A stretch of DNA of 32,000 nucleotides from Candidatus Saccharimonadota bacterium (GCA_965230905.1 OZ246396.1:300001-332000); one strand, 5' to 3'; counted from the stretch's first letter, positions 8,321-17,645 are shown. The notes: generated by a model not told the origin, from the letters alone. Translations and numbers: made by a program.

Positions 8321-8914
8321 ATGAGCAAAATCCATTTAGCGGCGGGCATTTTGCGCGGCGCGGCGACCATGCCGATGCAGCTGATGAACCAGGTTCACGG
8401 CACGAAAATTGTGGAGGTTTTTGCGTACGGCGACGCGCCGGAAGCAGATGCTTTGGTTACGCGCGTTCCAGGTCTACGCATTGCGGTGAAAACCGCTGAC
8501 TGCATCCCTTTGATTATGGCGGATGAAACGGCGGGCATCGCGGCGGCGGTGCATGCGGGTTGGCGAGGCCTCACGGCGGATATTATTCCCAAGGTTTTGG
8601 CGCGCTTGGTTTCACTGGGCGCTGACCCGGCCCGTTTGAAAGTGTTGGTGGGCCCTTCTTTGGGCGTGGAGTGTGCGGAATTTTCAGATCCTTTGCGCGA
8701 GATTCCCGCGAAGTTTCATTGGGCGATTCGAGAGCGCCGAGTGAATTTGAATGGAATTGCCCGGCGGCAACTAGAAGAAGCGGGCGTTCAGCACATCGAG
8801 TGGAAGCCGCTCTGCACGCGCTGCAATACTGAGTGGCCCTCCTGGCGACGTGACAAAACAAGCGAGCGCTTTTTCACCTGGATAGAGCTCGCCTCTCCTG
8901 CACCTTCACATTGA
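8321..8914 (+). CDS. pgeF: YfiH/PgeF family protein (DUF152, laccase-domain / purine nucleoside phosphorylase-like)
   Basis: 197 aa. The conserved His/Cys/His contexts NQVHGTKIV, KTADCIPL and AAVHAGWRGL are all present. Shorter at the N-terminus than typical family members. Confidence 0.75.
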   Translation: MSKIHLAAGILRGAATMPMQLMNQVHGTKIVEVFAYGDAPEADALVTRVPGLRIAVKTADCIPLIMADETAGIAAAVHAGWRGLTADIIPKVLARLVSLGADPARLKVLVGPSLGVECAEFSDPLREIPAKFHWAIRERRVNLNGIARRQLEEAGVQHIEWKPLCTRCNTEWPSWRRDKTSERFFTWIELASPAPSH

Positions 8915-9653
8915 TGGTATGCGCGATTATGTGGTGCTCTTTACAAAGGGGGGCCAAGTAATGCGGATCATGCCGGTGACTGATGGCAAAGGTTTGGGTG
9001 TGGTGGAGGTGCTCGGCCGGTCGTTTACAGGTTTGGATGGAACACTTGGTTCCGTGTTCTTTGTGGAGGACTCGCTGAGTGCGAACGGGAACATGACGGG
9101 ATTGTGATTCTGGTAGTTCTGCCGCGATGGCTGCTTTTTCTTCGGCGATTTCTTGTTCATGACGATCCAAAAGTTCTGTGAGAAGTTCGCTGACATCTAT
9201 TCCTTTCTCCTGCAGTTTTTCCAGCCTGCATTTGACGTCCTGGGAAATTTGTAGCGGAAGCATTTGCCCGGGCAAAGATCGTTCATCGCGGACCAAAGTT
9301 TCTAAAGCTTTCTTCGGCAAAAGTTGAACCTGCTGAGCCCAAAATGCTTCGTTCTCTGGAGTGACCACGGATTGAATGCGAACCAACTTATTTATGCTGA
9401 CCTCTCCCTTCTCTAAAAGTGCCTTCAGAGCCGGTTTGTCTGAAAAGCGTTTTTCTAAATTTAAGGCCGTTCGCACCTGTTCTTCACTCAGGCCGGCCAA
9501 CTTAAAAGCGAATTCAAACACCGAGCCGAAACCTTTGGTCGCGTACAATCGCCGTTTTTCCACTTCCGGCAGCAGCCCCATAAACCGTTGCCTCCACAGG
9601 AGAGCATTTTGTCCGTAGAGGCGGGCTTTTTCATACAGTTCTTCATCGGTCAT
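8874..9653 (-). CDS. HNH endonuclease domain protein
   Basis: C-terminal His-Me finger region CSIQTCKRPAEHLHHTQTFAISHRHDPHYLAPLCKEHHIIAH. I prefer the ATG at 9653 (MTDEELYEKA...) over the TTG at 9686 used by the track. The 3-prime end overlaps pgeF by 41 nt (convergent). Confidence 0.7.
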   Translation of the reverse strand: MTDEELYEKARLYGQNALLWRQRFMGLLPEVEKRRLYATKGFGSVFEFAFKLAGLSEEQVRTALNLEKRFSDKPALKALLEKGEVSINKLVRIQSVVTPENEAFWAQQVQLLPKKALETLVRDERSLPGQMLPLQISQDVKCRLEKLQEKGIDVSELLTELLDRHEQEIAEEKAAIAAELPESQSRHVPVRTQRVLHKEHGTKCSIQTCKRPAEHLHHTQTFAISHRHDPHYLAPLCKEHHIIAHTINVKVQERRALSR

Positions 9654-9819
9654 AGTGGGTGGATTAAGGAATCTAAATTGTAGCAAAAATCCGCCACTTT
9701 AACAGATATAAATGGCCACTTTCTAGTGACAAATCCATGGGTGAGTTTATGTTCACCTTTCTTAACCACTCTGCCGATCGAGGCTGGTAAACGTCCCCGT
9801 TTTCTGTCAAAATCCTCCC

Positions 9820-10776
9820 ATGAATTCAGTACTCCGTCTCCTTTTAAGTGCCCCGATCGACTTTGCGGTTGGAGGGCAAGCCGTGATTGAGGGCGTGATG
9901 ATGCGCTCGCCGCATTATTACATCGTTACCGTGCGCGACCCGGAAGGGAAAATGCAAATGAAGCACGAGAAGTTTTTGAGCATCACCGCGAAGTATAAAA
10001 TCCTGCGTCTGCCGCTGATTCGTGGAATGGTGCATTTAGTGGAATCTATGCGCCTGGGTTATCGCTCGCTCAATTATTCCAATGAGGTATTTTTAGGGGA
10101 AACGGAGGAAAAGAAGGAGTCGCGAAGCAAGTGGATGCAGTTTTTTGTAGCGGCGTTTGGCGTGCTGTCCATTGTCTTCAGCCTGAGTGTTACGATTTTT
10201 ATGCTCAAAGTGCTGCCCCTGTGGGTGGCTGGGCAAGCCGCTGAGCTCTGGCCCGTGGTGAAAGAAAACTACTTTTTATTCAACGCGATTGATGGGCTGA
10301 CTAAAATCACCATCTTCTTGGGTTACATTTCCGCGATTTCTTTGTTTAAAGACATTTGGCGCGTGTTCCAGTATCACGGGGCTGAGCACAAATCCATTTG
10401 GACTTATGAAAATGGGCTCGAGCTGACCGTGGCCAACGCGCGCAAGCAAACTCGTTTCCATCCGCGCTGTGGAACCAGTTTTATTTTCATCGTGATTTTG
10501 ATGAGTATTTTTGTCTACACGCTGGTGCCGCCCGCAGAGACTTTTGCGGGACAGTTGGCGCTTCGTGTGGCGGTGATTCCGCTCATTGCCGGAATCAGTT
10601 ACGAGCTGCTGAAACTGTCTGCTAAATTCCAAAAGTCCGCACTCATGAAGGTGTTTTTGATGCCCGGACTCATGATCCAAAGGCTTACGACGAAAGAGCC
10701 CGAAGATGCGCAATTGGAAGTGGCCCTGAACTCGCTCAGCGAATCGCTCAAACTCGAAAACTCCCTTATTGTTTAG
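9820..10776 (+). CDS. DUF1385 (YqhQ-like) membrane protein
   Basis: 318 aa. Has GGQAVIEGVMMRSP near the N-terminus, a YHGAEHK motif and several TM helices, which is the typical DUF1385 layout. Confidence 0.75.
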   Translation: MNSVLRLLLSAPIDFAVGGQAVIEGVMMRSPHYYIVTVRDPEGKMQMKHEKFLSITAKYKILRLPLIRGMVHLVESMRLGYRSLNYSNEVFLGETEEKKESRSKWMQFFVAAFGVLSIVFSLSVTIFMLKVLPLWVAGQAAELWPVVKENYFLFNAIDGLTKITIFLGYISAISLFKDIWRVFQYHGAEHKSIWTYENGLELTVANARKQTRFHPRCGTSFIFIVILMSIFVYTLVPPAETFAGQLALRVAVIPLIAGISYELLKLSAKFQKSALMKVFLMPGLMIQRLTTKEPEDAQLEVALNSLSESLKLENSLIV

Positions 10777-10797
10777 CAAACCCTACGGGTTCGCCTC

Positions 10798-12798
10798 ATG
10801 CAAATTCAACAAATCAAACGCAATAAACCGCGCATTGCCCTGCTGATTGGGACTTGGTTCCCCGTGCACACGGGTCAGCAAGTGTACACCGCCAAACTGG
10901 CTCAGGCCCTGGCGCGAGATCACGGCTATGAAGTGGATATTTTGACGCGCTCAATCAACGGGAAACTCACAGCGGAACAAAAGGAAATTGAAAAAATCCC
11001 CGCGCTGTACGTTAAAAAATTTGGCTTCAAATCGCATCCGTGGAATGTGTTCATGCAAGTGGCTTACATGATTTGGATTTTCTTTCGCCTGCTGCTCAAT
11101 GGAAAAAAATATGCACTCTACCACGCGCAAGGCGCCACCTGCGCGGCGGCCATGAAGGCGGCCTCGTGGTTCACTCGTGTGCCCACGCTGGTGACGGTGC
11201 ACGGCAACCATGTTTTTGAAAAATCGTGGACGCTGAAAAAGCTCATCCACCGCGTGATGTTTTTGGAAACCAAGTACACGCAGGAAGTGAGCATTGCCGA
11301 GAATTTTTTGAAGGCCGTGAACGTGAATGAGCACATTGCGGTGGTTCCGTACGGCGTGAACACCGAGCCTTTTGATGCCGTGGAAGCCAGCCGTTCGCCG
11401 GAGCGTTTCAACGTGCTGTACGTGGGGCGTCTCGACTTTCAAAAGGGGCTCGACAACCTGCTGAAGGCGACCAAAAAAGTGATCGAATCCAACGGCTTCA
11501 TTCAGTCTCACAAAGATTTTATGTTGCACTTGGTGGGCGACGGACCCGATCGCAGCGCGCTTGAACGGCTCACCAAAAAACTGGGCATAGAAAAATACGT
11601 GCGCTTTTACGGCTACACCATGGGCGAGGATTTGGTGCAGCTTTATAAGTCCAGTGACTTGTTCGTGATGCCGTCCCGCACCGAAGCTTTTCCGCTTTCT
11701 ATTTTGGAGGCGGGGGCGGCGCGCTTGCCGATTTTGGCGACGAATACCGGTGACCTCCGTAACATCGTGATTGAGAACGTGAACGGACATTTGGTGGAGC
11801 CCGACGACATCGACGAACTCGCGTACTATTTGGAATATTTTGCCGGCAATCCGCATTTGGAAAAACTCGGGCAAGGAAGTTACGACCTCGTGACGCAAGA
11901 ATATTCGTGGGACAAAACCATTCAAAAATTGCTGCGTATTTATGAGAGCCTCGTCACCCAAAAAGCGGCCGAGCAACTCAAACCACACACGCATTATTTT
12001 CCATGGCAGTTGCCTTTTTTGTTTATGAATTCTCGTGGAAAACGTAAGGAATATAAAGGCAAGGCGCCGCTGTGTTTTTGCCTGACGACCAACTTGGTGC
12101 AGGCGCATCTCATGGAAGCACTGCCCGACGAAAATGCCGAAATCCCCGTTTACTTGGAACGCTTTTCTGAATTCTGCGCGCAGCTGGAAGTGCCCAGCAC
12201 CGTCTTCATTCAAAGTGATCTTTTGGAATCCCTTTCCACCGAACTTAAAAACATGCAGGACGGTGGCCATGAGCTGGGTGTGAAAATCATGGAACAAGAC
12301 TGGATCACTCCGCCCATGCGCCGCAGCACGCTGCGCGATTTGCGTGACCGACTGGACAGCCTTGGCCTGAATGAAGTGCGCATGATTCGCACGCCGCTGG
12401 AACTCAGCCAACAAGATTTGGAAATTTTGCACGAGGGCGGCTTTGAGTCTCTGCCCACCAGCGAAGATCCTTGGCCGCACGTGGAATTCCACTGGGGCAT
12501 TCCGTTTGGGCACGTCATGAAAATGAATTTGCTGAGCTTTATTGAGATGGACGACCATGAGCTTTTGTCCGCGGTGAATCGCCTGCGCGCGCACGAAAAA
12601 GAACACGGCGTGCATCCTTTTTTGATCTTTGAATGCGACAGCACTGAGTTCACTTCGCGTGACGAGCTGGAACACGCCGCCGGTGAAAACTTCACCCTGC
12701 TTTCCAAAAAATTGGCCTTTCTCAAAGAGCACATGGAGCTGGAGTTTCACACCTTGAGCGAATTCTGCAAATCCTGTAATATAGCCCCTAAAAATTAG
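10798..12798 (+). CDS. Glycosyltransferase family 4 (GT-B) fused to a C-terminal polysaccharide-deacetylase-like domain
   Basis: 666 aa. The N-terminal ~390 aa look GT4-like ([16 protein letters not shown]; [13 protein letters not shown]; EX7E region [27 protein letters not shown]). The C-terminal ~250 aa contain GHELGV and IRTPLE, reminiscent of NodB/CE4 motifs but degenerate. Confidence 0.75.
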   Translation: MQIQQIKRNKPRIALLIGTWFPVHTGQQVYTAKLAQALARDHGYEVDILTRSINGKLTAEQKEIEKIPALYVKKFGFKSHPWNVFMQVAYMIWIFFRLLLNGKKYALYHAQGATCAAAMKAASWFTRVPTLVTVHGNHVFEKSWTLKKLIHRVMFLETKYTQEVSIAENFLKAVNVNEHIAVVPYGVNTEPFDAVEASRSPERFNVLYVGRLDFQKGLDNLLKATKKVIESNGFIQSHKDFMLHLVGDGPDRSALERLTKKLGIEKYVRFYGYTMGEDLVQLYKSSDLFVMPSRTEAFPLSILEAGAARLPILATNTGDLRNIVIENVNGHLVEPDDIDELAYYLEYFAGNPHLEKLGQGSYDLVTQEYSWDKTIQKLLRIYESLVTQKAAEQLKPHTHYFPWQLPFLFMNSRGKRKEYKGKAPLCFCLTTNLVQAHLMEALPDENAEIPVYLERFSEFCAQLEVPSTVFIQSDLLESLSTELKNMQDGGHELGVKIMEQDWITPPMRRSTLRDLRDRLDSLGLNEVRMIRTPLELSQQDLEILHEGGFESLPTSEDPWPHVEFHWGIPFGHVMKMNLLSFIEMDDHELLSAVNRLRAHEKEHGVHPFLIFECDSTEFTSRDELEHAAGENFTLLSKKLAFLKEHMELEFHTLSEFCKSCNIAPKN

Positions 12799-12799
12799 T

Positions 12800-13936
12800 A
12801 TGAGCGGCTATTTATTCACTTCCGAGTCCGTTACCGAAGGGCATCCCGATAAAATCGCGGATCAGATTAGCGACGCGGTTTTGGACGCCATTTTGTCTCA
12901 AGATCCCATGGGCCGCGTGGCCTGCGAAACGCTGGTGACCACCGGGCTCGTTTTGGTTGCCGGAGAGATCAGCACCCAGACTTATGTGGACATTCCCGCG
13001 CTGGCCCGCAAAGTGATTGAAGAAATCGGTTACAACGACGCCTCGTATGGTTTTGATTCCAAGGCCTGCGCGGTGCTCACCGCTATTGATGAACAAAGCC
13101 CGGATATCGCTCTGGGCGTGGACACGGGCGGAGCCGGAGACCAAGGAATGATGTTTGGCTACGCCTGCGACGAAACGCCGGAGCTCATGCCCTTGCCGAT
13201 TTCACTCGCGCACAAACTCACCTTCGCCCTCGCCAAGGCCCGCAAAGACGGCACGCTGCCCTATCTGCGTCCCGATGGAAAAAGCCAAGTCACTGTGGAA
13301 TACGGCGAAGACGGGCGACCAAAATCCGTGAACACCGTGGTGCTTTCCACTCAGCACAATCCCGAAGTTTCGCAGGAACAAATTCGCGAAGACCTTATTG
13401 AAAAAATCATCAAACCCGTGTGCGGCGACTACCTCACGCCCGAAACTATTTTCCACATCAACCCCACCGGCCGTTTCATTATTGGAGGCCCCCCCGGCGA
13501 CAGCGGACTCACCGGCCGCAAAATCATTGTGGATACCTACGGCGGCATGGGCCACCACGGCGGAGGCTGTTTTTCCGGGAAGGATCCATCCAAAGTGGAT
13601 CGCAGCGCGGCTTATATGGCCCGCTATATCGCAAAAAATATTGTGGCCGCCAAACTGGCTAGCAAATGTGAGGTGCAACTCGCTTACGCGATTGGTGTGG
13701 CGGAACCGGTTTCCATTTATGTGAATACCTTTGGCACCGGCACGCTCGCCGAAGACAAATTGGTGGAGCTTATTCGCAAACATTTCGAGCTCACTCCACG
13801 CGGAATCATTGAATCACTAAACTTACGCCGTCCCATTTACCGCAGCACTGCCGCCTACGGCCATTTTGGCCGCGAATTGGAGGCCTTTACATGGGAAAGG
13901 GTGGACAAGGCCGATGCGCTGGGCAAGGCGGCTTAA
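12800..13936 (+). CDS. metK: S-adenosylmethionine synthetase
   Basis: 378 aa. Hallmarks are [36 protein letters not shown] and [23 protein letters not shown]. Starts 1 nt after the preceding stop. Confidence 0.95.
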   Translation: MSGYLFTSESVTEGHPDKIADQISDAVLDAILSQDPMGRVACETLVTTGLVLVAGEISTQTYVDIPALARKVIEEIGYNDASYGFDSKACAVLTAIDEQSPDIALGVDTGGAGDQGMMFGYACDETPELMPLPISLAHKLTFALAKARKDGTLPYLRPDGKSQVTVEYGEDGRPKSVNTVVLSTQHNPEVSQEQIREDLIEKIIKPVCGDYLTPETIFHINPTGRFIIGGPPGDSGLTGRKIIVDTYGGMGHHGGGCFSGKDPSKVDRSAAYMARYIAKNIVAAKLASKCEVQLAYAIGVAEPVSIYVNTFGTGTLAEDKLVELIRKHFELTPRGIIESLNLRRPIYRSTAAYGHFGRELEAFTWERVDKADALGKAA

Positions 13937-14373
13937 ACGAAGTGCTCTACTATGTTTTCCATAGTAATCGATTTGAACCTCGCGTTTGAGTATATTTTTT
14001 TGAATAACGCTGGTTCTACCGCCTTTTTTTGCCATTTACACTCATAGGCTAAAAGCTCCTTACCAGCCTCAATGAAGTCTACCTCTGCACCCTGCCTACT
14101 TCTCCAAAAATGGATCTCACTACTGCTTAGCAGACCCCTTAGGTCCGCCTGTTTGTATGCACGCTCTTTTATTTTTTCTGCAATGAAAAAGTTTTCGAAA
14201 ATTGCACCCTTATCGGGCCTTAATTCTAACGGATCCGTATTTCCGATGAGCGCATTCCGAATACCGGTATCATAAAAATATATCTTGTGACTCTTGTTAA
14301 TTTCCTTGGTTTTATTGGTATACAGGGGAGTTAAACGAAAAGTAATGAATGCCTGCTCGAGAAGCGTTGAGTT
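13933..14373 (-). pseudogene. 5-prime-truncated remnant (146 codons) of an AAA+ ATPase with a DUF4143 domain
   Basis: My reverse-strand translation gives NSTLLEQAFITFRLTPLYTNKTKEINKSHKIYFYDTGIRNALIGNTDPLELRPDKGAIFENFFIAEKIKE...EIHFWRSRQGAEVDFIEAGKELLAYECKWQKK...EHFV*. This matches the C-terminal DUF4143 part of COG1373-type ATPases. An in-frame TGA lies at 14374-14376. There is no start codon and no P-loop region upstream. Absent from the ORF track. Its stop overlaps the metK stop. Confidence 0.6.
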
Positions 14374-14403
14374 TCATTCGTTTAATCATAGCTATATGAA
14401 ATC

Positions 14404-14469
14404 AAAGTCCTGATTTTACGACAAATTTAAAGACTTCAGTCCTGGAATTACGGCTAAAATCAGGACTTT
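14404..14469. repeat. Perfect 15-bp inverted repeat AAAGTCCTGATTTTA / TAAAATCAGGACTTT with a 36-nt spacer
   Basis: Arms at 14404-14418 and 14455-14469. A third partial copy, AGTCCTGGA, lies in the spacer. The repeat sits directly next to the truncation point of the ATPase remnant. Confidence 0.8.
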
Positions 14470-14500
14470 ATCAGGGCGTATGTTTAAACGTTGGCTTCCA

Positions 14501-14534
14501 ACAAAAAAGCCCCGGATTTCTCCAGGGCTTTTTA
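14501..14534 (-). terminator. Rho-independent terminator after the 781-aa surface-protein gene (possibly bidirectional)
   Basis: Reverse strand reads AAGCCCUGGA-GAAA-UCCGGGGCUU followed by UUUUGU. This is a 10-bp stem with one G-U pair and a GNRA-type loop. On the plus strand the hairpin is flanked by an A-run and a T-run. Confidence 0.7.
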
Positions 14535-14573
14535 ATTTATTCTTTGAGATCTTCGCCTTACGGCCGAACTCTA

Positions 14574-16919
14574 TTACATCGCGTCTGCAAACATGTTGTA
14601 GAGGATTTGAGTCGCTTCAGCACGAGAGATAGAGTCTCCTGCGTTGAAACACATTCCTCCGTCACATGCGCTTCCTTGTACAAAGTCCCATGCGGTAGCA
14701 ACCGTAACGGCTCCTTCGTACCAAGCTGCAGTGTCTAAATCTTCGTATGCGCCAGTAGCAGTTCCTGCCATGAGAGCATCTGCATCGTCCACCATATCCT
14801 CATAGAGGTAGAGATAAACGTTCACTGCCAATTGTAGGAATTCTGCACGGTTGATTTCTTCTGAAGGTTGATAGGTTCCGTCTGGATTTCCATCTACCAA
14901 GTCAAGATCTGCAAGTCCGGCAATGTATGCAGCGTACCATTCAGCCATATCCACATCGCTGAAAGGATCTTCAGTAGCCTCGGTAGGTTCACCCATAGCG
15001 AGGACTCTCCACAGCATGGCTGCTGCTTCAGCACGGTTTAAGTTTCCGTTTGGAGCAAAGGTTCCGTCTTCATAGCCTTCAACAATGCCATCCTCAGCCA
15101 TTGCCTCAATAGCGTTCTCTCCCCAGTGACCAGAAATATCGGAGAAAGATACTTCTTCAGTAGCTTCATCCTCAGTATCGTCGGTGTCTTCAGTGGACTC
15201 GTCATCCGTAGTATCTTCAGAAGTATCTTCGCTGGTGTCTTCATCATCGGTATCATCAGATACTACCGTTTCTCCAGAGCCCACCGTGAAGCTCACTTCA
15301 TCGCTGAGATCTCCCGTGTCGCTACCATCCGTTGCTCGAAGTTGGTACGTAACCACGTCTCCTTCCTCAACGTCAGTGTCAATGTAGTATTCAGTTCCAA
15401 CCGCAACGGTGGCATAAATAGTTCCACTCACAGGAAGTGGGTCGGTTCCTTTCAAAATTTGGATATAGCTGGTGTCATCTCCAGATGGGTCATCCCAAGT
15501 GATCATAACACCTTCTCCGTCTGAATTGTCTTCTACAGAGATCCCCGTGATGTCATCCAATTCTGTGCTGGTTGTGGTACCAGCTGTGATGCTTACGGTT
15601 GCAGCTGCTTCTGTTTGAATATCCGCGTCAGCAGAGGTTCTTGTAGTCATTGTGAAAGCGGCCGTAGCACCAGTGGCTGACGGATTCCTCACATTCGTAA
15701 GTACCAAACTCTTTGCACCTGGTGAAGTCGTCCCACCTCCAGATTGCGTTAAGGTAACGGTTTGGCTTGATCGGCTAGCCGTCCAGGTTCCATCGAGACC
15801 AGATAGGCTTGAAGTGCTGGTGTTCATACCCGTGAGGTCATAACCTGAAGGGAACACGATCACAATTTTAGCTCCATTCGCCATAGTCGTTCCAACCGTA
15901 GTGAAAGCAACTGTATAGCTTACAAGCGATGTATTTGCCGTGCTTGAAGGCGTGTAGCTCACGCTGGTCAAGGTGCCTACCGTGGTAGTTGGCATGGCCA
16001 CTACAGTGTCTGCGTCGGTGTTGATGTCAGCTCCCGCCGGTGTTGCGGAAGCATCGTTGATCGCAAAATTACTTGCATCCCCCGTCCCCGCAAATTTTCC
16101 GGTTACACCTCCTGTGAGAATGATCGTACGGACGACACCACCGGGCCCCGAGCTTCCATCTATAGTACACGTCACTGCTTGGGCCACCGCGGCACAGGTT
16201 ACCTGGCCGGCAGCTTCCAGAGTCCCTGTCACCACTGCAGAAGCGATGTTTGTTACGTCCAACTCACCAGGAGCTGTGAAGGTGATGGTATCATTGGCGG
16301 CCAGTTGCACCGAGAGCAAGAAGGATATTGTTGTATTTTGAGTTGCGCCTACAACAACGCTTGATAAAGATATCGAAGCGTTTGCATCGGTAGCGGTAAC
16401 GGCCAAAGTACAAGAGGAAGTGCTTGAGAAAGTTGCTGAACCTTCCGTTGTGTTATCAATGGCCCACACAAGAGGAATTGCTGAGGTAACAGCATCGGCA
16501 AGAATAGATAACCCTGTGATTTGTACGTTTTCACCGGAAGCAAAGTTTGTATCTACAGCCAGCTTTACGGTTTTATCGTTCACAGGATAGGTCACGGTAG
16601 TGGATGTAACTCCGCTTGAAGACTGTGTGATCCCAACCGTTGTGTCCGTTGTGTCAAAACGAGCGTTAACTGTGCTTGGAATACGGATGAAAATATCGTT
16701 GGCAGCCGTGATCTCCGTCCCTGATGAGGTGATGGTGATGGTGTTGCTGTTATTTGCTCCTGTTACTGACGCGGTTGCAAGGCTCATGGCTGTACAAGCC
16801 ATGCTTCCTGCAGGAGCAGCAGCAGATGCGAGAGGTACTCCGAAGGAAAAGACTATCCCTGCAATTAGGAATGAGCTTATCAAGGTTTTTAACCTCGATA
16901 ATTTAATAAAGTTGAACAT
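14574..16919 (-). CDS. Secreted cell-surface protein (781 aa) with three C-terminal SLH domains
   Basis: Signal peptide (ISSFLIAGIVFSFGVPLASA/AAP). Thr/Ser/Ala/Gly-rich beta-type body including an FN3-like segment (ITGISVEDNSDGEGVMITWDDPSGDDTSYIQILKG...YQLRATDGS). Acidic D/E/T/S linker. Three SLH repeats (FSDISGHWGENAIEAM..., FSDVDMAEWYAAYIAG..., YEDLDTAAWYEGAVTV...). Confidence 0.85.
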   Translation of the reverse strand: MFNFIKLSRLKTLISSFLIAGIVFSFGVPLASAAAPAGSMACTAMSLATASVTGANNSNTITITSSGTEITAANDIFIRIPSTVNARFDTTDTTVGITQSSSGVTSTTVTYPVNDKTVKLAVDTNFASGENVQITGLSILADAVTSAIPLVWAIDNTTEGSATFSSTSSCTLAVTATDANASISLSSVVVGATQNTTISFLLSVQLAANDTITFTAPGELDVTNIASAVVTGTLEAAGQVTCAAVAQAVTCTIDGSSGPGGVVRTIILTGGVTGKFAGTGDASNFAINDASATPAGADINTDADTVVAMPTTTVGTLTSVSYTPSSTANTSLVSYTVAFTTVGTTMANGAKIVIVFPSGYDLTGMNTSTSSLSGLDGTWTASRSSQTVTLTQSGGGTTSPGAKSLVLTNVRNPSATGATAAFTMTTRTSADADIQTEAAATVSITAGTTTSTELDDITGISVEDNSDGEGVMITWDDPSGDDTSYIQILKGTDPLPVSGTIYATVAVGTEYYIDTDVEEGDVVTYQLRATDGSDTGDLSDEVSFTVGSGETVVSDDTDDEDTSEDTSEDTTDDESTEDTDDTEDEATEEVSFSDISGHWGENAIEAMAEDGIVEGYEDGTFAPNGNLNRAEAAAMLWRVLAMGEPTEATEDPFSDVDMAEWYAAYIAGLADLDLVDGNPDGTYQPSEEINRAEFLQLAVNVYLYLYEDMVDDADALMAGTATGAYEDLDTAAWYEGAVTVATAWDFVQGSACDGGMCFNAGDSISRAEATQILYNMFADAM
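14589..15146 (-). other. SLH-domain triplet (C-terminal wall anchor) of the 781-aa protein
   Basis: Residues ~592-777. Each repeat carries the aromatic/acidic N-terminal part and the (N/S)RAE(A/F) helix typical of SLH domains. Confidence 0.8.
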
Positions 16920-16957
16920 AAGGGTGGAGGGCTTAAAAAATTAAATGGCTGTGCTGG

Positions 16958-16986
16958 ATTATGCCTAAAAGATTTGCATCCTGCAA
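16958..16986 (-). promoter_or_regulatory. Candidate promoter of the 781-aa gene (TTGCAG - 17 nt - CATAAT)
   Basis: Reverse strand reads aaatTTGCAGgatgcaaatcttttaggCATAATccagcac. The 7-bp inverted repeat ATTTGCA/TGCAAAT overlaps the -35. Eye-based prediction. Confidence 0.35.
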
Positions 16987-17021
16987 ATTTCCACGCCCTT
17001 TTTATTTGACTTTCCAGCGAT

Positions 17022-17564
17022 TTATTTTCCTGCCTTCCATTCTTCGATATCGGCGCGAAGTTCGGCGATGAACTCCTGCATGTCGGCGTTGGGATTAGCG
17101 GGATCAATGACTAGCTTTTCAAAGTTGGCCACGGCTTCCTCGGTATTGACCGTATCACCTGCCTTAAGGAGAATCCGCACCGTGTCCTTAATCACCTCTA
17201 TGCTGCTTTGGTCCACCAAGTAAAGTTTTCGGATGTACTCGGCGGCTTTATCGTAGTCCTCCATGGTTTCGTACATGGACGCTAAATTGTTGAGAGTAGC
17301 CCAGTCGTTTTCATTTTGCTCTAAAACTTTTTCGTAATAAGAAACGGACTGCTTCCAATCTCCCAATTGCTGGTAACGGAAGGCGACTTCAAAAAGTGCC
17401 GTGCTGTTCTCGGAATCCTCTTCAAGGATGAGTAGATTTTTTCCCAGGATTTCCTGCTGCTCTTGGCTCCAAGCCTCATCCGCGCTTGGATCACTTTGAT
17501 CCCATTTATTATTACAAGCGGTGAGAAGGAGGGTGAGGGCTAAAATTGAGATGAGTTTTTTCAT
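17022..17564 (-). CDS. TPR-repeat lipoprotein
   Basis: MKKLISILALTLLLTAC has a lipobox (LTAC). TPR-like helices follow (ALFEVAFRYQQLGDWKQSVSYYEKVLEQNENDWATLNNLASMYETMEDYDKAAEYIRKL). I prefer the ATG at 17564 over the TTG at 17597 used by the track. Confidence 0.75.
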   Translation of the reverse strand: MKKLISILALTLLLTACNNKWDQSDPSADEAWSQEQQEILGKNLLILEEDSENSTALFEVAFRYQQLGDWKQSVSYYEKVLEQNENDWATLNNLASMYETMEDYDKAAEYIRKLYLVDQSSIEVIKDTVRILLKAGDTVNTEEAVANFEKLVIDPANPNADMQEFIAELRADIEEWKAGK

Positions 17565-17600
17565 AAAGTTTTTTAATAAGCTCGAGGATTCTAACAAAAA

Positions 17601-17645
17601 AAATTGTAAAACAAAAGCCCCTCACCCGTGAGGGTGAGGGGCTTT
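17601..17645 (-). terminator. Strong rho-independent terminator after the 1567-aa gene
   Basis: Reverse strand reads AAGCCCCUCACCC-UCAC-GGGUGAGGGGCUU, a 13-bp perfect stem, followed by UUGUUUUACAAUUUUUUUU. Confidence 0.8.

Noticed and set aside
8321-8914. Whether the short (197-aa) YfiH/PgeF gene is an N-terminally truncated pseudogene.
   Set aside because: All three conserved catalytic contexts (VHG, ADC, HAGWRG) are intact and in frame, and no upstream in-frame remnant is visible. It is treated as a functional short form.
10951-12750. A 599-aa stop-free ORF antisense to the GT4 gene. Similar long antisense ORFs are 6652-7386, 7695-8186, 13202-13783, 26660-27379, 27651-28136, 29734-30255, 29970-30665, 30301-31218 and 20807-21490.
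   Set aside because: Most of them (all except 29734-30255 and 29970-30665) are in exact codon register with the sense gene; for example, 12750 minus 10798 plus 1 is 1953, or 651 codons. In that register an antisense stop arises only from the sense codons TTA, CTA and TCA, which these genes largely avoid. The translations are Arg/His/Phe/Val-rich nonsense, and the sense strands carry unmistakable family motifs. They are shadow ORFs, not genes.
13823-14035. A 70-aa minus-strand ORF from the track (MAKKGGRTSVIQKN...).
   Set aside because: It overlaps the 3-prime end of metK and is out of frame with the recognisable DUF4143 remnant. It is an artefact of an A7 run next to the real frame.
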